Assembly (NCBI RefSeq): GCF_009914755.1
Contig: NC_060929.1
Strand: one strand, 5' to 3'
DNA: 64,000 nucleotides
Source: the human T2T-CHM13v2.0 reference genome, Homo sapiens
The position numbers were made by a program, and so were the translations under genes. Below the pieces are notes generated by a model. It did not search any database, had not been told where the DNA came from, and worked only from the letters and a program-made list of their open reading frames with translations. This document shows positions 21,451-38,430 of this stretch, one piece after another. The stretch's first letter is position 1. Every line of letters starts with the position of its first letter.

Positions 21451-21677
21451 TGAAGGGTTCCTTCGAAAAGCGTACTTCCCAATCCATTTAAAGTATTTGA
21501 TATTTATAAAAATTAAACGGGCAAATATATCTATTATTATATAAGGAAGCTAGAATTAAATATATATATTCTCTTCCAAACAAAGAATCCCAACTATATG
21601 GTCAATCTAACAGTATATCCTTTTCACACTTTTCTTGTAACAATAAACACCACTCAAATATCATGAAGAACAGGTCT

Positions 21678-21755
21678 CAATGCCTTCATAGCCCTGTACA
21701 ATGCTGCTTGATCCATATGCAACAAGGCAGCACTGTAAAGAAGCCGAGGGCAGTA
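21678..21755 (-). ncRNA. MIR103A1: pre-miR-103a-1 hairpin in PANK3 intron 5; mature miR-103a-3p at 21686-21708
   Basis: Minus strand UACUGCCCUCGGCUUCUUUACAGUGCUGCCUUGUUGCAUAUGGAUCAAGCAGCAUUGUACAGGGCUAUGAAGGCAUUG contains mature AGCAGCAUUGUACAGGGCUAUGA; miR-103/107 genes are known to sit in PANK introns. Confidence 0.98.
21686..21747 (+). ncRNA. MIR103B1: Antisense annotation miR-103b-1 (mirror hairpin; doubtful as a real miRNA)
   Basis: Reverse complement of the miR-103a-1 hairpin; annotation recalled; no independent support in the sequence. Confidence 0.45.
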
Positions 21756-21796
21756 AGAAAACTTCCAAGAATTTCACTAATCAAATGCAACATTAA

Positions 21797-21834
21797 GCAC
21801 TGGTGGTATAGTGGTGAGCATAGCTGCCTTCCAA
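21797..21834 (+). pseudogene. Retroposed 5' half of tRNA-Gly(TCC), tailless, with target-site duplication
   Basis: GCACTGGTGGTATAGTGGTGAGCATAGCTGCCTTCCAA matches nt 1-38 of human tRNA-Gly-TCC (GCGTTGGTGG...CTTCCAA) with 2 mismatches; flanked by CAAATGCAACATTAA (21782-21796) and CAAATGCAAAATTAA (21832-21846). Confidence 0.88.
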
Positions 21835-22174
21835 ATGCAAAATTAAGACTAAAAAAAATGCTTTCACAAAGTATCTCAAAATGTCTTATGCTTAGAACTT
21901 TCTTTTACATCCTCAAGGGATTTAGGTTGTGTTTTTCTGAAAAAAAATTCTGAATAAATTTCTCCTATTTCAATTTGAATTATCTGCTACTTTCTTTAAA
22001 AGTAATATAGCAACTGGATACGTAACATATATACCTAATGAGTCTTGGCATTTAATGGGTTACATCTCAATCCCAGAGGCCTCCTTAGGGAAAGTGAAGA
22101 AGCCCTGCTAGGTGTATATAGGACTCCAATTCACATTTTTGATAATTCAAGTTTTGTGTTTTTTGTTTTTTTAC

Positions 22175-22298
22175 CTCATTAACAGCACACATTCGTGCCA
22201 CAGAACCAATGTTATTGGTGATAGTAACTAAAGTAGCTCTTGCCAGATCTTCTTTACTAACAGATTCTCGCTTCTCCTTATAAATCATATTCCCAAAA
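22175..22298 (-). CDS. PANK3: PANK3 exon 5 ([42 protein letters not shown])
   Basis: ORF 22085..22288; acceptor CTGCAG|, donor GAG|GTAA; 124 nt. Confidence 0.98.
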
Positions 22299-22719
22299 CT
22301 GCAGAAAAATGAAAAATAAAGTCAAATCTGCTGATAAAAAGCAACATTTTACGTATTAACAGATATATCTACAACCTGGATATTTTTATAAAATTAGGAC
22401 CAAAAAGTAGAAACACATAGGGATAAGATCAAAACAAACTAACAAAAAAAATCTATGCAAGAGTAAAGTAATACCTTTCAAAGAATTAAGGTTAAAATGA
22501 CATCTCAAAAAAAGCATAGTTAGTTATTATAAGAAAGCAAAGATTACCAAAATATCTTCACTTAAACCTGATTCAAAACAAATTAGCCAAAATTACAAAA
22601 TGTTTCCAAAAGTATCTCAGCTTTAACTTCAAATTCTTTTTCATTCAGTCACAAGAAACATTTATGACATACCAAGCTTTGTGCTGGAGACAGATAGTCC
22701 CTCAAACAGTGAATTAGTC

Positions 22720-24540
22720 TAGTGCAGCACTGTCCAATAGAAATAAAATACGAGTAATATATAATTTCATATATGTTCTATTAGCCACATTAAAAAGGTA
22801 AAAATAAACAAGTGAAATTAATTTTAATTGTACATTTCATTTAAGCCAATATATCCAAATATCATCAATTCAACATGTGGCACTCATAAGCCAAGTGCCT
22901 TACGTGGCTAGAGGCTACTGTAATGGACAATGCAGGCCTACATACAAAAGACAGCAAGAGAAGCGCTAACAGTAACAGGGAAAAAATCCAAACAAAGGCT
23001 AACCCCAAACAAAGGCTAACCTTGGAAATACAAACAAAAAAATATCTTTTATTACAGTGGTAAGAGAAAAAAGTTAAGAAGGTATGAGGCAGGGCTTTCA
23101 GAGCAAAAGGACCAGAAAAAGCCAGAAAAAATGAGAAGAAAAATCTTAGGCAGAGGCAACTAAAGGTTAAAGGCACACAGAAATGAGAAATGAAAACATC
23201 TATGAAATCACAAGATGTTTGGTCGGAGTGAAGCGTCTATGCAAGGGAGAGGCAGGAGATATTACTGAAGAGTGAGACAAAGTCCACTATCAAAGGGCAC
23301 TGGATTCCCTGACAAAGAACTTGGGGTGCACAAGCAACAATGGTTAGGAAGCATAATGGGAGACAAGACTGATAAACAACAGAACAGTAAATTTAAAATA
23401 TTTAGGAATCAATTTAAAAAGCCATGTATGGACATATTTGGAGAGGCCTTTTTAAATGTGTGAAAGGCACAAAAGTAGCCTTAAACAAACAGACAAGCTA
23501 AGTTCTTCAACAGCAAGACTTACTATAAAGATATCATTTGTCCCTAAGTTAATATGTAAACTTACTGAGATTCCAAAAACATTTTTGTAATAGAGAAAAT
23601 GTTTGCCAAGTTCATACAGAAAATCAAGCAAAGGAGTGAAACTAGCCCTTCTAGAGATTAAAACATACTTTTTATGCCTCTATAAAGCTGAAAGTATAAT
23701 GCTGGTACATCAACAGAATGAAAAGCCAGCATATGTAAAAAAGCCATCTCAAATCAGTGAAATAAAGATGGATTATTAGACATTAGGGCCTTCTGGAAAA
23801 AAAAACAAAAAACCTGAAAAATGAAAGCATGATCTGTAACTCACAAAATACCCTAAGATAAACTATAAGTAAATCAAAGATTTAAGTATAAAAATACCAC
23901 CATTAACATATCAGAAGAAAATAAGGGTTTATTCCTTTATATATTTGGAATGTAGAAGACTTACTTACTATGAATCAATATCCAGAAGCCATAAAAGAAA
24001 AGACTGATAAATTCAACTGTATAACAATCCAACAGAAAAGTAGAACATGAACAATAACTCACAGAAAATAAAATATGCAAGGCTCTTAACCCCAGTGTTG
24101 GTAGGAGAAATGTAAATTAAAATTACATTAAGATACCACTTCTCCATCTGATTAGCAAAAATGCAAAAGTTAGCACTCTACTGGTGAAACAGGCACTTTC
24201 ATTTACCGCTGGTGAGAGTGAAAAACAGTACCGCTCTTTTGCATAATTAACAATATCTCAAAAATGCATTTGCAATCCAACTTTTGGGAATTTATCCTAC
24301 ACCTGTATAAAATAAGGTCAACAACATGTAAAGATTTCTATATGGATACTTTAGAGTATATATAGTATGCCATATAATGGTAGATTACCTTTTGTATATG
24401 GGGAGAAAAGTAAAAATATGTATTTGTATTTGCATAAACACTGGAAAGACACTCAAAAATTAAAAAAAAAAAAGTTTCTTACAAGGTGCACTCAGGGTAA
24501 ACTTCTTAATGTATACTTAATTTTTAAATGACATCAATGT
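22720..24540. mobile_element. MER3/MER33-like element (22720-22935) and degraded L1M (~23460-24540) in intron 4
   Basis: GCACTGTCCAATAGAA...GGCTACTGTAATGGACA ends; diverged L1 ORF2-like text. Confidence 0.6.
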
Positions 24541-24670
24541 TCAAAACTTGGAACCTAAACTGGATAAGAGAAAGCACCCTTACAACTTTCTGTTACATTG
24601 CTTTCCAAAAACATAAGCAACTTGAATTACTTAACTTCTGTAACTTAAATAACACAAATGTTAAACTTAC

Positions 24671-24847
24671 CTAGATGCTACAGCCCAACCTGGCAAACCA
24701 AATCTTTCATAATCTCCTCCATAAATATCACGGACCAGCTTGTCAGCTTGTGTGCTATCACCTTTGGATGCCATTTCAAGAGCCTCTTCAAAACTTTCAC
24801 AGCCAGTCAATAAACTGCATAAACCCAGAAAGGTACCCCCTCCAAGG
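24671..24847 (-). CDS. PANK3: PANK3 exon 4 ([11 protein letters not shown]...[24 protein letters not shown])
   Basis: ORF 24667..24888; acceptor TTTAG|, donor AG|GTAAGT; 177 nt. Confidence 0.98.
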
Positions 24848-26796
24848 CTAAAGAAAATAAAGAAACTTGCTAAGTTGCATTTATACATTATATTCTTTCT
24901 CTAAAGTAAAAGGGTGGATCATTCATGTATTCAATGAACACACAGAAAAAAAACCTATGACTAATGCTGAGTGCTGAAATAACATAACGAAGGCAACAAA
25001 AATTGTTTAGTAAAACCAAACTTGTTAGATCAAAGAATAAACCAAAGAAAAAAATCACTTGGTGGAAACATGAGGAAAGGAAAGACCTATTAAATCTCTC
25101 CCAAAGTCTTCACCTAATACCTTACACTCTGTAGTTACCAAAGATAAATTGTTGTGTGTGCATTAAAAAGGAATAAATGTTAAAAATCAGTACCATATTA
25201 ATTACAAAGAGAAAATCTGTAATTTTTCTTTTGAGACAAGGTCTCACTCTGTCCCTCAGGCTGGAGTGCAGTGACCATGATCATAGCCTAATGTATCCTT
25301 GAACTCCTGGGCTCAAGCAATCTTCCTGTTCCAGCCTCCGCAGCAGCTAGACTACAATGCACACTACCACACTGGACTAATATATATGTATATATTTTTG
25401 TAGAGATGGGGGTCTCACTATGTTTCCCAGGCTGGTCTTAACTCCTGGTCTCAAGCAATCCTCCACTTTGGCCTCCCAAAGTGTTAGAATTACAGGCATG
25501 AACTACCATGCCCATCTTTGTAATTTTAAATCGTTTCCAAGAAATGATTTTGGGAAAGGCTTCTTTACTTGGCCTGACATGGATGAAATCAATTCAATAT
25601 GATACACTAATATTTCACATGACCTACACATAAATACAATGAGTAAATTTATGTCCAGCTGGCCAACATGTCAATTACAGAAATTTATTTGCTTCTATTA
25701 TTCTTCTGGATATGCTCACAGAATGAAATCGTATCTAATTCCTAAACTGTAAACCTTTGCTCCCTAGTCTCATCTAAATTTCTAGCAAGTTCTACCCCTG
25801 AATCACTGTTGGATTTAGTTAACAGACTGAACTTCTTTTAGAGTTAACCGAAGAAGGCAATAGCAGTGTACAATTCTTTGGCATAGAGAATTACAACAGA
25901 GGTGAACTTTTAACCACCATAAAAATAAAGTACTAATTAAGTATAATTTAAACAGAATTACTACTTTAAAATTAAAATGAGTTTTTTTCACAAATTAATC
26001 TAAAGTATTTGAAAATCTTTCTTCCTTAAACTGGAATCTTCACCTCTCTGTAAAAGTTGATAAAATACATAAAAGAATCATGAGTTTTATATCTTATTTC
26101 TCATTCGTATTTCAGGTATTACAGAAAAGTATGTGGGCTATTTGGGAACATTAATGTTATCACAAAAAGAAATCACATTAATTCATCCTATAAGAATAAA
26201 TTACAATGTTCCCCAGTACTGCAGTTTAAGGGTTTACATATATTAATATCCATTAAAAAGTCAAAAAATAGGTAAAGAAGAAAAATGCTTTGGAAAAAAG
26301 AACAAAATATAAACATAATAAAGTTTAAAATCAATAGAACACTGTTGCTTCCAAGTAAATGCTCCAGTTAAATTCTAGAAAAAACGTTACCAGACTCATT
26401 CTAGATAAAAATTCACTTTACCATTATGGAAATTTTGATCCCAACTGATGCTGACTAATAAACATTTAATAATTTCAGTTTGAGTCTTGACATACACATC
26501 TTATAAAAATACATTATCTGTTGGCTGGGAGCAGTGGCTCATGCCTGTAATCCCAGTACTTTGGGAGGCCGAGACAGGCAGATTGCTTGAGCTCAGAAGT
26601 TCAAGAGCAGCCTGGGCAACATGGCACCCTCTTTCACTTAAAAAAAAAAAAAATATATATATATATATATTTTTTTTTTTTGCTGTTGTGCAAATACATG
26701 CTCTTTTACTGGTGAAAATGACATTATTATACTGATTTCATAACTTCTGTGTATAAAACAATGTGAATGCAGCAATACAACCAAAAAGGTCACTAC

Positions 26797-27050
26797 CTTG
26801 TCCCAGTCACTCGTTTATAGTTGTCTTTGGAATGGACTGCTAAAATACTGACTCCTGAGCCAATGTTCACTACAAGCAGTGGATAGGGATCATCCAGGTT
26901 AAAAGGCATCTTTTGGCATCGCTCAGGTTCTGAGGCATTAGCAAAATAATAGCACTCGGCTTGTCCATTGAAACTGACAGAGTCTATATACAGCAAGCCC
27001 TTTACAAGGCAGTCAAGTTCATCCAGTTTGTGCAGGTGGAGGTTTCCAAT
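26797..27050 (-). CDS. PANK3: PANK3 exon 3 ([18 protein letters not shown]...[18 protein letters not shown]...VTGT)
   Basis: ORF 26793..26996 has the PanK motif [11 protein letters not shown]; acceptor AACAG|, donor AG|GTAGTG; 254 nt. Confidence 0.98.
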
Positions 27051-27717
27051 CTGTTAAAACAAACAAACAAAAACAAAAAAGGATGACATTCAAAAACACT
27101 CAACTATATGATTTTCCTGTATTACTTTACAAAAATTAAAAATGGTCTATGACCCCCACATTTTCATTTTGTTTCATGTCAGAATCTCTTTCGGGATTTC
27201 ATCTAGTCCACTGGTCCTCAGTGAGGGTGGTATCACCTCACTGCTAGTTTTCTAAATGATGGGGAGGAAGGAAGGACCAAACTGACATTTAGTGGGCAGG
27301 GACTTGTGATGCCAGACATCTTTAATGGGTGTGACATTTCTGCAGACCAAAAAATTATCCCATCTATGCATTATCTTTGAGTGTTCTGCCAGTCATTTTT
27401 ATAGTGGCAGTAGGAAAATTATTTATAATTATCTGAGGCTAGAGAATAACAAAGTTATTTTACCTATCTGTCTGTGTATACAAATACAAAAGTATTCGTC
27501 CTATGGATTCAGTCACTCCATTCATTCATTCATTCATTCATTTTTGAGACAGAGTCTAGCTCTGTCACTCAGGCTGGAGTACAGTGGCATGATCTCGGCT
27601 CACTGCAACCTCCACCTCGTGGGTTCAAGCGATTCTCCGCCTCAGCCTCTCAAGTAGCTGGGATTGCAGGCGCCCGCCACCACGCCTGGCTAATTTTTGT
27701 ATTTTTAGTAGAGATGA

Positions 27718-27831
<114 letters not shown>

Positions 27832-29429
27832 TAGTTTTAAATATATACTAAATTTGCTAGGAATTGAACCACCACATAAAGCAAGGGAAAATTGTACTTC
27901 TTACTGTTTGGAATTTTACCAAGTGTTTGTTTAGCATGTTGGAGGGTCATGTCACCAACAGCAATGCCATTTATGGTATCTTATTTTCCAACAGAACATA
28001 CCATATCAATCTGGCATGTGTAGCTTTGGTATTCATGATCAATCTATGCATAGGTGCAAGCATATAACTACTTCATGATGTCCTCTGGAATGATCATACT
28101 GTTTGTTAATCTACCCACGGATAGATTAATTTCTGATTAATAACTGATACCTTAATCTCCTGTCTTTATATTATAGTTTGAGTACTAGTTTGAAATGATT
28201 ACATTCATCATTTCAGGTTAGTAAAAAGCGTATTATAAGACACCGTTTATAAAACATTGCAGCTTAGATATCACTTCCTCTGGGAACCTCTTCAACTCTC
28301 TAGCTGTTGTTACTCCTCTGTGTTCCCAAGGCACCTCTTTTCATACAGTACTACAGATCTTTACCTCAAATTATATGGGTCTCGCTTCTATGAGCCATTT
28401 AAGTTATTTATATTCCTTCTGAGACAGGGTCTCACTGTCACCCATGCTGGAGTGCAATGGCTCAATCACAGCTCACTGCAGCCTCAATCTCAAGAGCTCA
28501 AGCAATCCTCCCACTTCATCAGCCTCTTGAGTGGCTGGGACTACAAGCACAGGCCACTATGCTGAGCTAATTTTTTTATTTTTTGTAGAGACGGGGTCCC
28601 ACTATATTGCCCAGGCTGGTCTCCAACTCCTAGCCTCAAGTGATCCTCCCACGTCAGCCTTTATATTCCATTAACAGTATTTTCTTATGATTTTCAGAAA
28701 TTAAATTATTCACATTTACATTTTCAAGAAAAACAAATTTCAGTGGTCCTAAACAGAGCCATTCTTTATTCTAATAGAAAAGACTAGAAGCTTGGCAAAC
28801 CACTCTTTGAACTCTCATTCTAATGGAAAAGACTAGAAGATGGCAAACTGCTAACAGCACATAACTCAAACCAATACTCATAGTTCTCCTGCCAGATCCA
28901 TTCAAATCACCCCATTTGACACAGGAACATGGCAGGATTAACAGCATAAAAACAGAAAAAAAAGGGTAACAGATTTTCATTCAGGTGTCCATTATACTAA
29001 CCAAAAGACATTGGTTTCCAGACTTAGGGTTTGGGAAGGAGATGGCCCTGGAAGATTAATATTATTTGAATAAGTAATATTCCAAAAACCATGTAAATGT
29101 AGGACAATAGTGAAAATAATTCAAGCTTCATTTATATCTGGCTTTGTACACTGCCAAATTCATTAAAGTCCCCAAATCCCCTTTTTATTGTAGCTTTGTA
29201 GTACAGCCCTAAACAAGTTTTACCAAATATTATGTGCAACAACATGACCAAATCCGGGCAATTTTTACTCATCTCATAAACGTGTTTAAAACGCCCCAAG
29301 TGAAAGGCAACCATGGATACATATTTCCCACTGCATGTGCAGGGAGAATTAAGGAACATGCTAGATGGAAACCTACTCTCATATTTAAAAACAGGTATCA
29401 ATTTTCAGTTTTGAGTAAAAGATACCTAC

Positions 29430-29782
29430 TGTGCGAAAATCTTTTTCAAACTTGTAAGCACCACCTCCTGTAGCACATAGCACCGTCTGCAATGTTGAGA
29501 AGTTTTTATCTCTTCCCATTTGGATAAAAGTAGGCAGGTCCTGGGTTGGAAACCTGATAAAGTGCAAGTTCCCTCTTCGGCCAAAAAGTGTTAAATCTTT
29601 CAGTTCAAGGTGTACATCCCGAATGCCGGTGGATCCATATGCCACGTTAGAAGTCAAATATTTCCGAATACTTTTTAAACTCTCAACTTCTTCTTGCTCT
29701 TCCTCTGCTGTGATATCAATAGGTTCAAAGTACGAGAGCTTTACTAGAGTTCCCCCAATGTCCATGCCAAACCATGGGAAAG
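29430..29782 (-). CDS. PANK3: PANK3 exon 2 ([21 protein letters not shown]...[10 protein letters not shown])
   Basis: ORF track 29385..29765 has the type II PanK ATP-binding motif DIGGTLVK; acceptor T24-CCTCCCATAG|, donor ACA|GTAGGT; 353 nt. Confidence 0.98.
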
Positions 29783-29798
29783 CTATGGGAGGAAAAAA

Positions 29799-29832
<34 letters not shown>

Positions 29833-29910
29833 TATCCATTTTAGAAACACAAATTAAAAACCAGTTAGCCACAAACTTCATTTACTCTGAATCATGCATT
29901 CAGGCAATAA

Positions 29911-30213
<303 letters not shown>

Positions 30214-30979
30214 TGATCCGCCTGCCTCTGCCTCCCAAAGTGCTGGGATTGCAGGCGTGAGCCACCGCGCTCGGCCCTTCAAAGTTTTATTAATATATTT
30301 TCTAAAAACGTATAGGGTGCTTAGAGTTGACCCAGGATCTTTTAATTCCTGGCCTGGTAGGCAACCCCTTTTCATTTACTAAATACCATGTGCTCCAGGG
30401 ATGAGAAAAAATTCAGATCATTCTTTTTTCAATAAATAGGTCAACACTAAGGGCATGAAAATCTTTGTTTCTATAAGCATTTTAATACAATAAAACTGGC
30501 CTATAATCACTTCAAGTAACCCAGGAGAAAAGCACCTCCTTAAAAAGCAATTCCTGCCAGGTATGGTGCTCACACCTGAAATCCCAATACTTTGGGAGGC
30601 TGAGGTAGGGGGGATCGCTTGAAAACAGGAGTTTGAAACCAGCCTTGGCAATATAACAAGATCCTGTCTCCGCAAAAAATTTAAAAATTAGCTGGGCGTG
30701 GCAGCATGCACCTGTAGTCCCAGTTACAGGAGGCTGAGGCAGGAGGATCACTTGAGTCCAGGAGGCTGGGGCTGCGGTGAGCCATGTTTGCACCACTACA
30801 CTGCAGATTAGGTAACAGAGTGAGATCCTGTCATAAAAAACAAACCCAAAAAGCAATTCCCTTCAGTAAATAATCATTATCTCCAGGCCGGGCGCGGTGG
30901 CTTACGCCTGTGATCCCAGCACTTTGGGAGGCCGAGACGGGTGGATCACGAGGTCAGGAGATCGAGACCTTCCTGGCTA

Positions 30980-31372
<393 letters not shown>

Positions 31373-32884
31373 CTATGCCTGTGTTTGACCGTAGAAAATA
31401 CTAAAACAACAAAAAACCCCATCCAAAGGTGAAGAGGCATACGTCAGTACGGTTAAGGAACTAGAAAAAGGGGGAAGTCTAAGGAAATAGATGAAGGACC
31501 TTGCACACTTAGCTAAAGAGCTTAGACTTGAACTTTTTAGACAACGGGAACACTACTGACGTTCTAAGTAAGAGAGTGGCACAGTCTACCTTCAAATTAG
31601 AAAGCAAACAAACTTTCTACTTTGGCAGTGTACAGGATAATATAAATGAGCTGCTTAAGATGTGCCAGTAAAGTAAGGCCAGCGATAGAGGCCATCTTAA
31701 GTAACACCCTCTTGAAAAAAATGGTATAGACCATTTACAAAACCCTTATCATTTAAAAACAGATTCCTGACGTCTTACCTCAGAGGCACTGGACAATAAT
31801 CTTTAAGAGTGAGATACGGGATGCTATTAAAAATTATATACTGTATATATTCGGAAGATTATACTATAGTCAGATCTAAATGGCATTTGAAAATGACTGG
31901 CTTTGGTCACCTGATTCCTTCAGGTTATGAAATTCAGTTTTACAACGTGATTTCCTTATATTTATTGGCCACAATCCTTATACTGACACAAAGGAGTATT
32001 TTCCAATTGTTCCCAAGGAAGTCAGTATTATAATATTATGAATTACAAAATTCAAATTTTTAGAATTAGTTTAAAGCACAACTGATTCAGTTCTTCATAG
32101 AATTACAGCTAACATTTACTGAGTGCTCACTACCTGTCAGACACAGGCTCATTTAATCCTCAGTACCCCCACTATAAGATTGCTCTATTAAGTGTACCAC
32201 TTAGACAAGGAGGCAAAGCAATTACAAACTTGCCTGAGGTCAAACTGTTAAGTGACAGTGCCAAGATTCCATCCTAAAAATATATATTTCTATTCTCTAG
32301 GATCTTAACTATTATGACAGAGACTCAAAAAGAGTTTAATACTCAAGATACATGGATTAAAATGTCTGGCAACAAAATATATTTAACAGTTTTTATGTAA
32401 AAGTTGCCAATAAAAATTATTTCTAAAATTCTACTTTCTCATTTTATTTGATATGTGTGTGCATTACAAAACCAGGAACATATAATTCAATGAGAAAGAA
32501 GTCTATACATTTCTCCATTTTATAATTTACACATTTACTAAAATTAGTATATAATTTTTAATACGAGGAAGGAGTAATCCTCATTATCTTCTTTTGGAGA
32601 AATAGCTCGTTCGTCTTTATATTTGAAACTCAAATTAGAGATCTGGAGCTACATTACAGATAATCTTAAGAAACAGTATTCTGTATTCTGGAAAGGTACT
32701 TCCAGTGTAGGAAAAAAAGTTTTTTAAAAAAGTAAAATGACATTAGACCATAATTTGGGAAGCCAGGGGCAGCTTTGAGCTCAAACACAATACTTCATCA
32801 CGTCAACTATAAACAGGTATAAATAACTAAGCAACATAAGCAGAAGAAAGTGACTATATTTTCTCAGTTTTGTTGAGTGCCTAG

Positions 32885-33135
<251 letters not shown>

Positions 33136-33834
33136 TGTGTGTGTGTGCAACAAGGCTGTTTATTTCACCTGGGTGCAGGCGGGCTAAGTCCGAAAAGAGA
33201 GTCAGCAAAGGGTGGTGGGATTATCATTAGTTCTTATAGGTTTTGGGATAGGCAGTGGAGTTAGGAGCAATGTTTTGAGGGCAGGGGGTGGATCTCACAA
33301 AGTACATTCTCAAGGGTGGTGAGAATTACAAAGAACCTTCTTAAGGGTGGGGGAGATTACAAAGTACATTGATCAGTTAGGGTGGGGGAGAAACAAATCA
33401 CAATGGTGGTATGTCATCAGTTAAGGCTATTTTCACTTCTTTTGAGGATCTTCAGTTGCTTCAGGCCATCTGGATGTATATGTGCAAGTCACAGGGGATA
33501 TGATGGCTTAGCTTGGGCTCAGAGGCCTGATGTTCCTGTCTTCTTATATTAATAAGAAACTCAAAACAAAATAGTGGTGAAGTGTTGGAGCAGCAAAAAA
33601 CTTTGGGGGTGGTATGGAGAGATAATGGGCGGTGTTTCTCAGGGCTGCTTCGAGCGGGATTAGGGGTGGCGTGGGAACCTAGTGTGGGAGAGATTCAACT
33701 GAAGAAAGATTTTGTGGTAAGGGGTGATATTGTGGGGTTGTTAGAAGGAGCATTTGTTGTATAGAATGATTGGTGATGGCCTGGATACGGTTTTGGATGA
33801 ATTGAGAAACTAAACAGAAGGCACAAGGTCCAAA
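33136..33834 (-). mobile_element. HERV-H remnant: 3' internal region (33533-33834) + LTR7(B-like) U3-R (33140-33532), U5 missing
   Basis: Minus strand CAGGCCTCTGAGCCCAAGCTAAGCCATCATATCCCCTGTGAC...CCTATAAGAACTAATGATAATCCCACCACCCTTTGCTGACTCTCTTTTCGGAC...GAAATAAACAGCCTTGTTGC matches recalled LTR7 consensus. Confidence 0.9.
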
Positions 33835-34199
33835 TCTAGCCTACTAGAAATGTGTTCGTTCCTTGAGTGCTGTTTTTAAAGAAAGGTAAACTAGAGAGCT
33901 ATCCTGCAGATGATGACTTCATAGGAACCATAATATGCAAACCAGAAAATTGCAGGCTCCTTCTATTATTTCTAGCATATATCAGTTATAACAATTTTCT
34001 CCTTAAAATCAACAAAGCAGGGACTGAAAGAGAACTCAGCCCTGCTATAACTTCAATTAAGAAAAAAGAAAAGTTGGTGGCTGGTAATGGCCACCTTTTA
34101 CACTGAAATCCTTTCAATTCAATAGACTTCAGAAATTAATTTCTTTATGCCAGAAAAATAATCACTATTAAAAAGCACGAGATGCAGAACCTCAGCAAG

Positions 34200-34243
<44 letters not shown>

Positions 34244-34319
34244 CAAAGAAGGCAGCACAAACAGAAGAGACATAAATTCTCAATTATGATACACTCCTTT
34301 GTTTAAATCTTTTTTTAAA

Positions 34320-35169
34320 AATTATTATTATACTTTAAGTTTTAGGGTACATGTGCACAATGTGCAGGTTAGTTACATATGTATACATGTGCCATCCTGG
34401 TACGCTGCACCAACTCGTCATCTAGCATTAGGTATATCTCCCAATGCTATCCCTCCCCCCTCCCCCCACCCCACAACAGTCCCCAGAGTGTGATGTTCCC
34501 CTTCCTGTGTCCATGTGTTCTCATTGTTCAATTCCCACCTATGAGTGAGAATATGCGGTGTTTGGTTTTTTGTTCTTGCGATAGTTTACTGAGAATGATG
34601 ATTTCCAATTTCATCCATGCCCCTACAAAGGACATGAACTCATCCTTTTTTATGGCTGCATAGTATTCCATGGTGTGTATGTGCTACATTTTCTTAATCC
34701 AGTCTATCATTGTTGGACACTTGGGTTGGTTCCAAGTCTTTGCTACTGTGAATAATGCTGCAATAAACATACGTGTGCATGTGTCTTTATAGCAGCATGA
34801 TTTATAGTCCTTTGGGTATACACCCAGTAATGGGATGGCTGGGTCAAATGGTATTTCTAGTTCTAGATCCCTGAGGAATCGCCACACTGACTTCCACAAT
34901 GGTTGAACTAGTTTACAGTCCCACCAACAGTGTAAAAGTGTTCCTATTTCTCCACATCCTCTCCAGCACCTGTTGTTTCCTGACTTTTTAATGATTGCCA
35001 TTCTAACTGGTGTGAGATGGTATCTCATTGTGGTTTTGATTTGCATTTCTCTGATGGCCAGTGATGGTGAGCATTTTTTCATGTGTTTTTTGGCTGCATA
35101 AATGTCTTCTTTTGAGAAGTGTCTGTTCATGTCCTTCGCCCACTTTTTGATGGGGTTGTTTGTTTTTTT
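34320..35169 (-). mobile_element. 5'-truncated young L1 (L1PA2-like), ~850 bp, in intron 1
   Basis: ORF 34684..35244 is the ORF2 C-terminus; 3' UTR with GCATTGGGAGATATACCTAATGCTAGATGACGAG on the minus strand. Confidence 0.93.
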
Positions 35170-35275
35170 AGTAAGTGGTCTAATTACCAACATATATTTT
35201 CCAGTATTATCTACAAAATACTTATGATTGATATATGTCACCAAAATAAGGGGAGGGCATGAAGCTCAAACTTTA

Positions 35276-38430
<3,155 letters not shown>

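Noticed and set aside
21663-21953. 96-aa plus-strand ORF overlapping miR-103a-1
   Set aside because: No homology; it runs through the miRNA antisense strand and a tRNA-half insertion, so it is probably a chance ORF
22988-23021. 17-bp tandem duplication CCAAACAAAGGCTAACC
   Set aside because: Ordinary small slippage duplication
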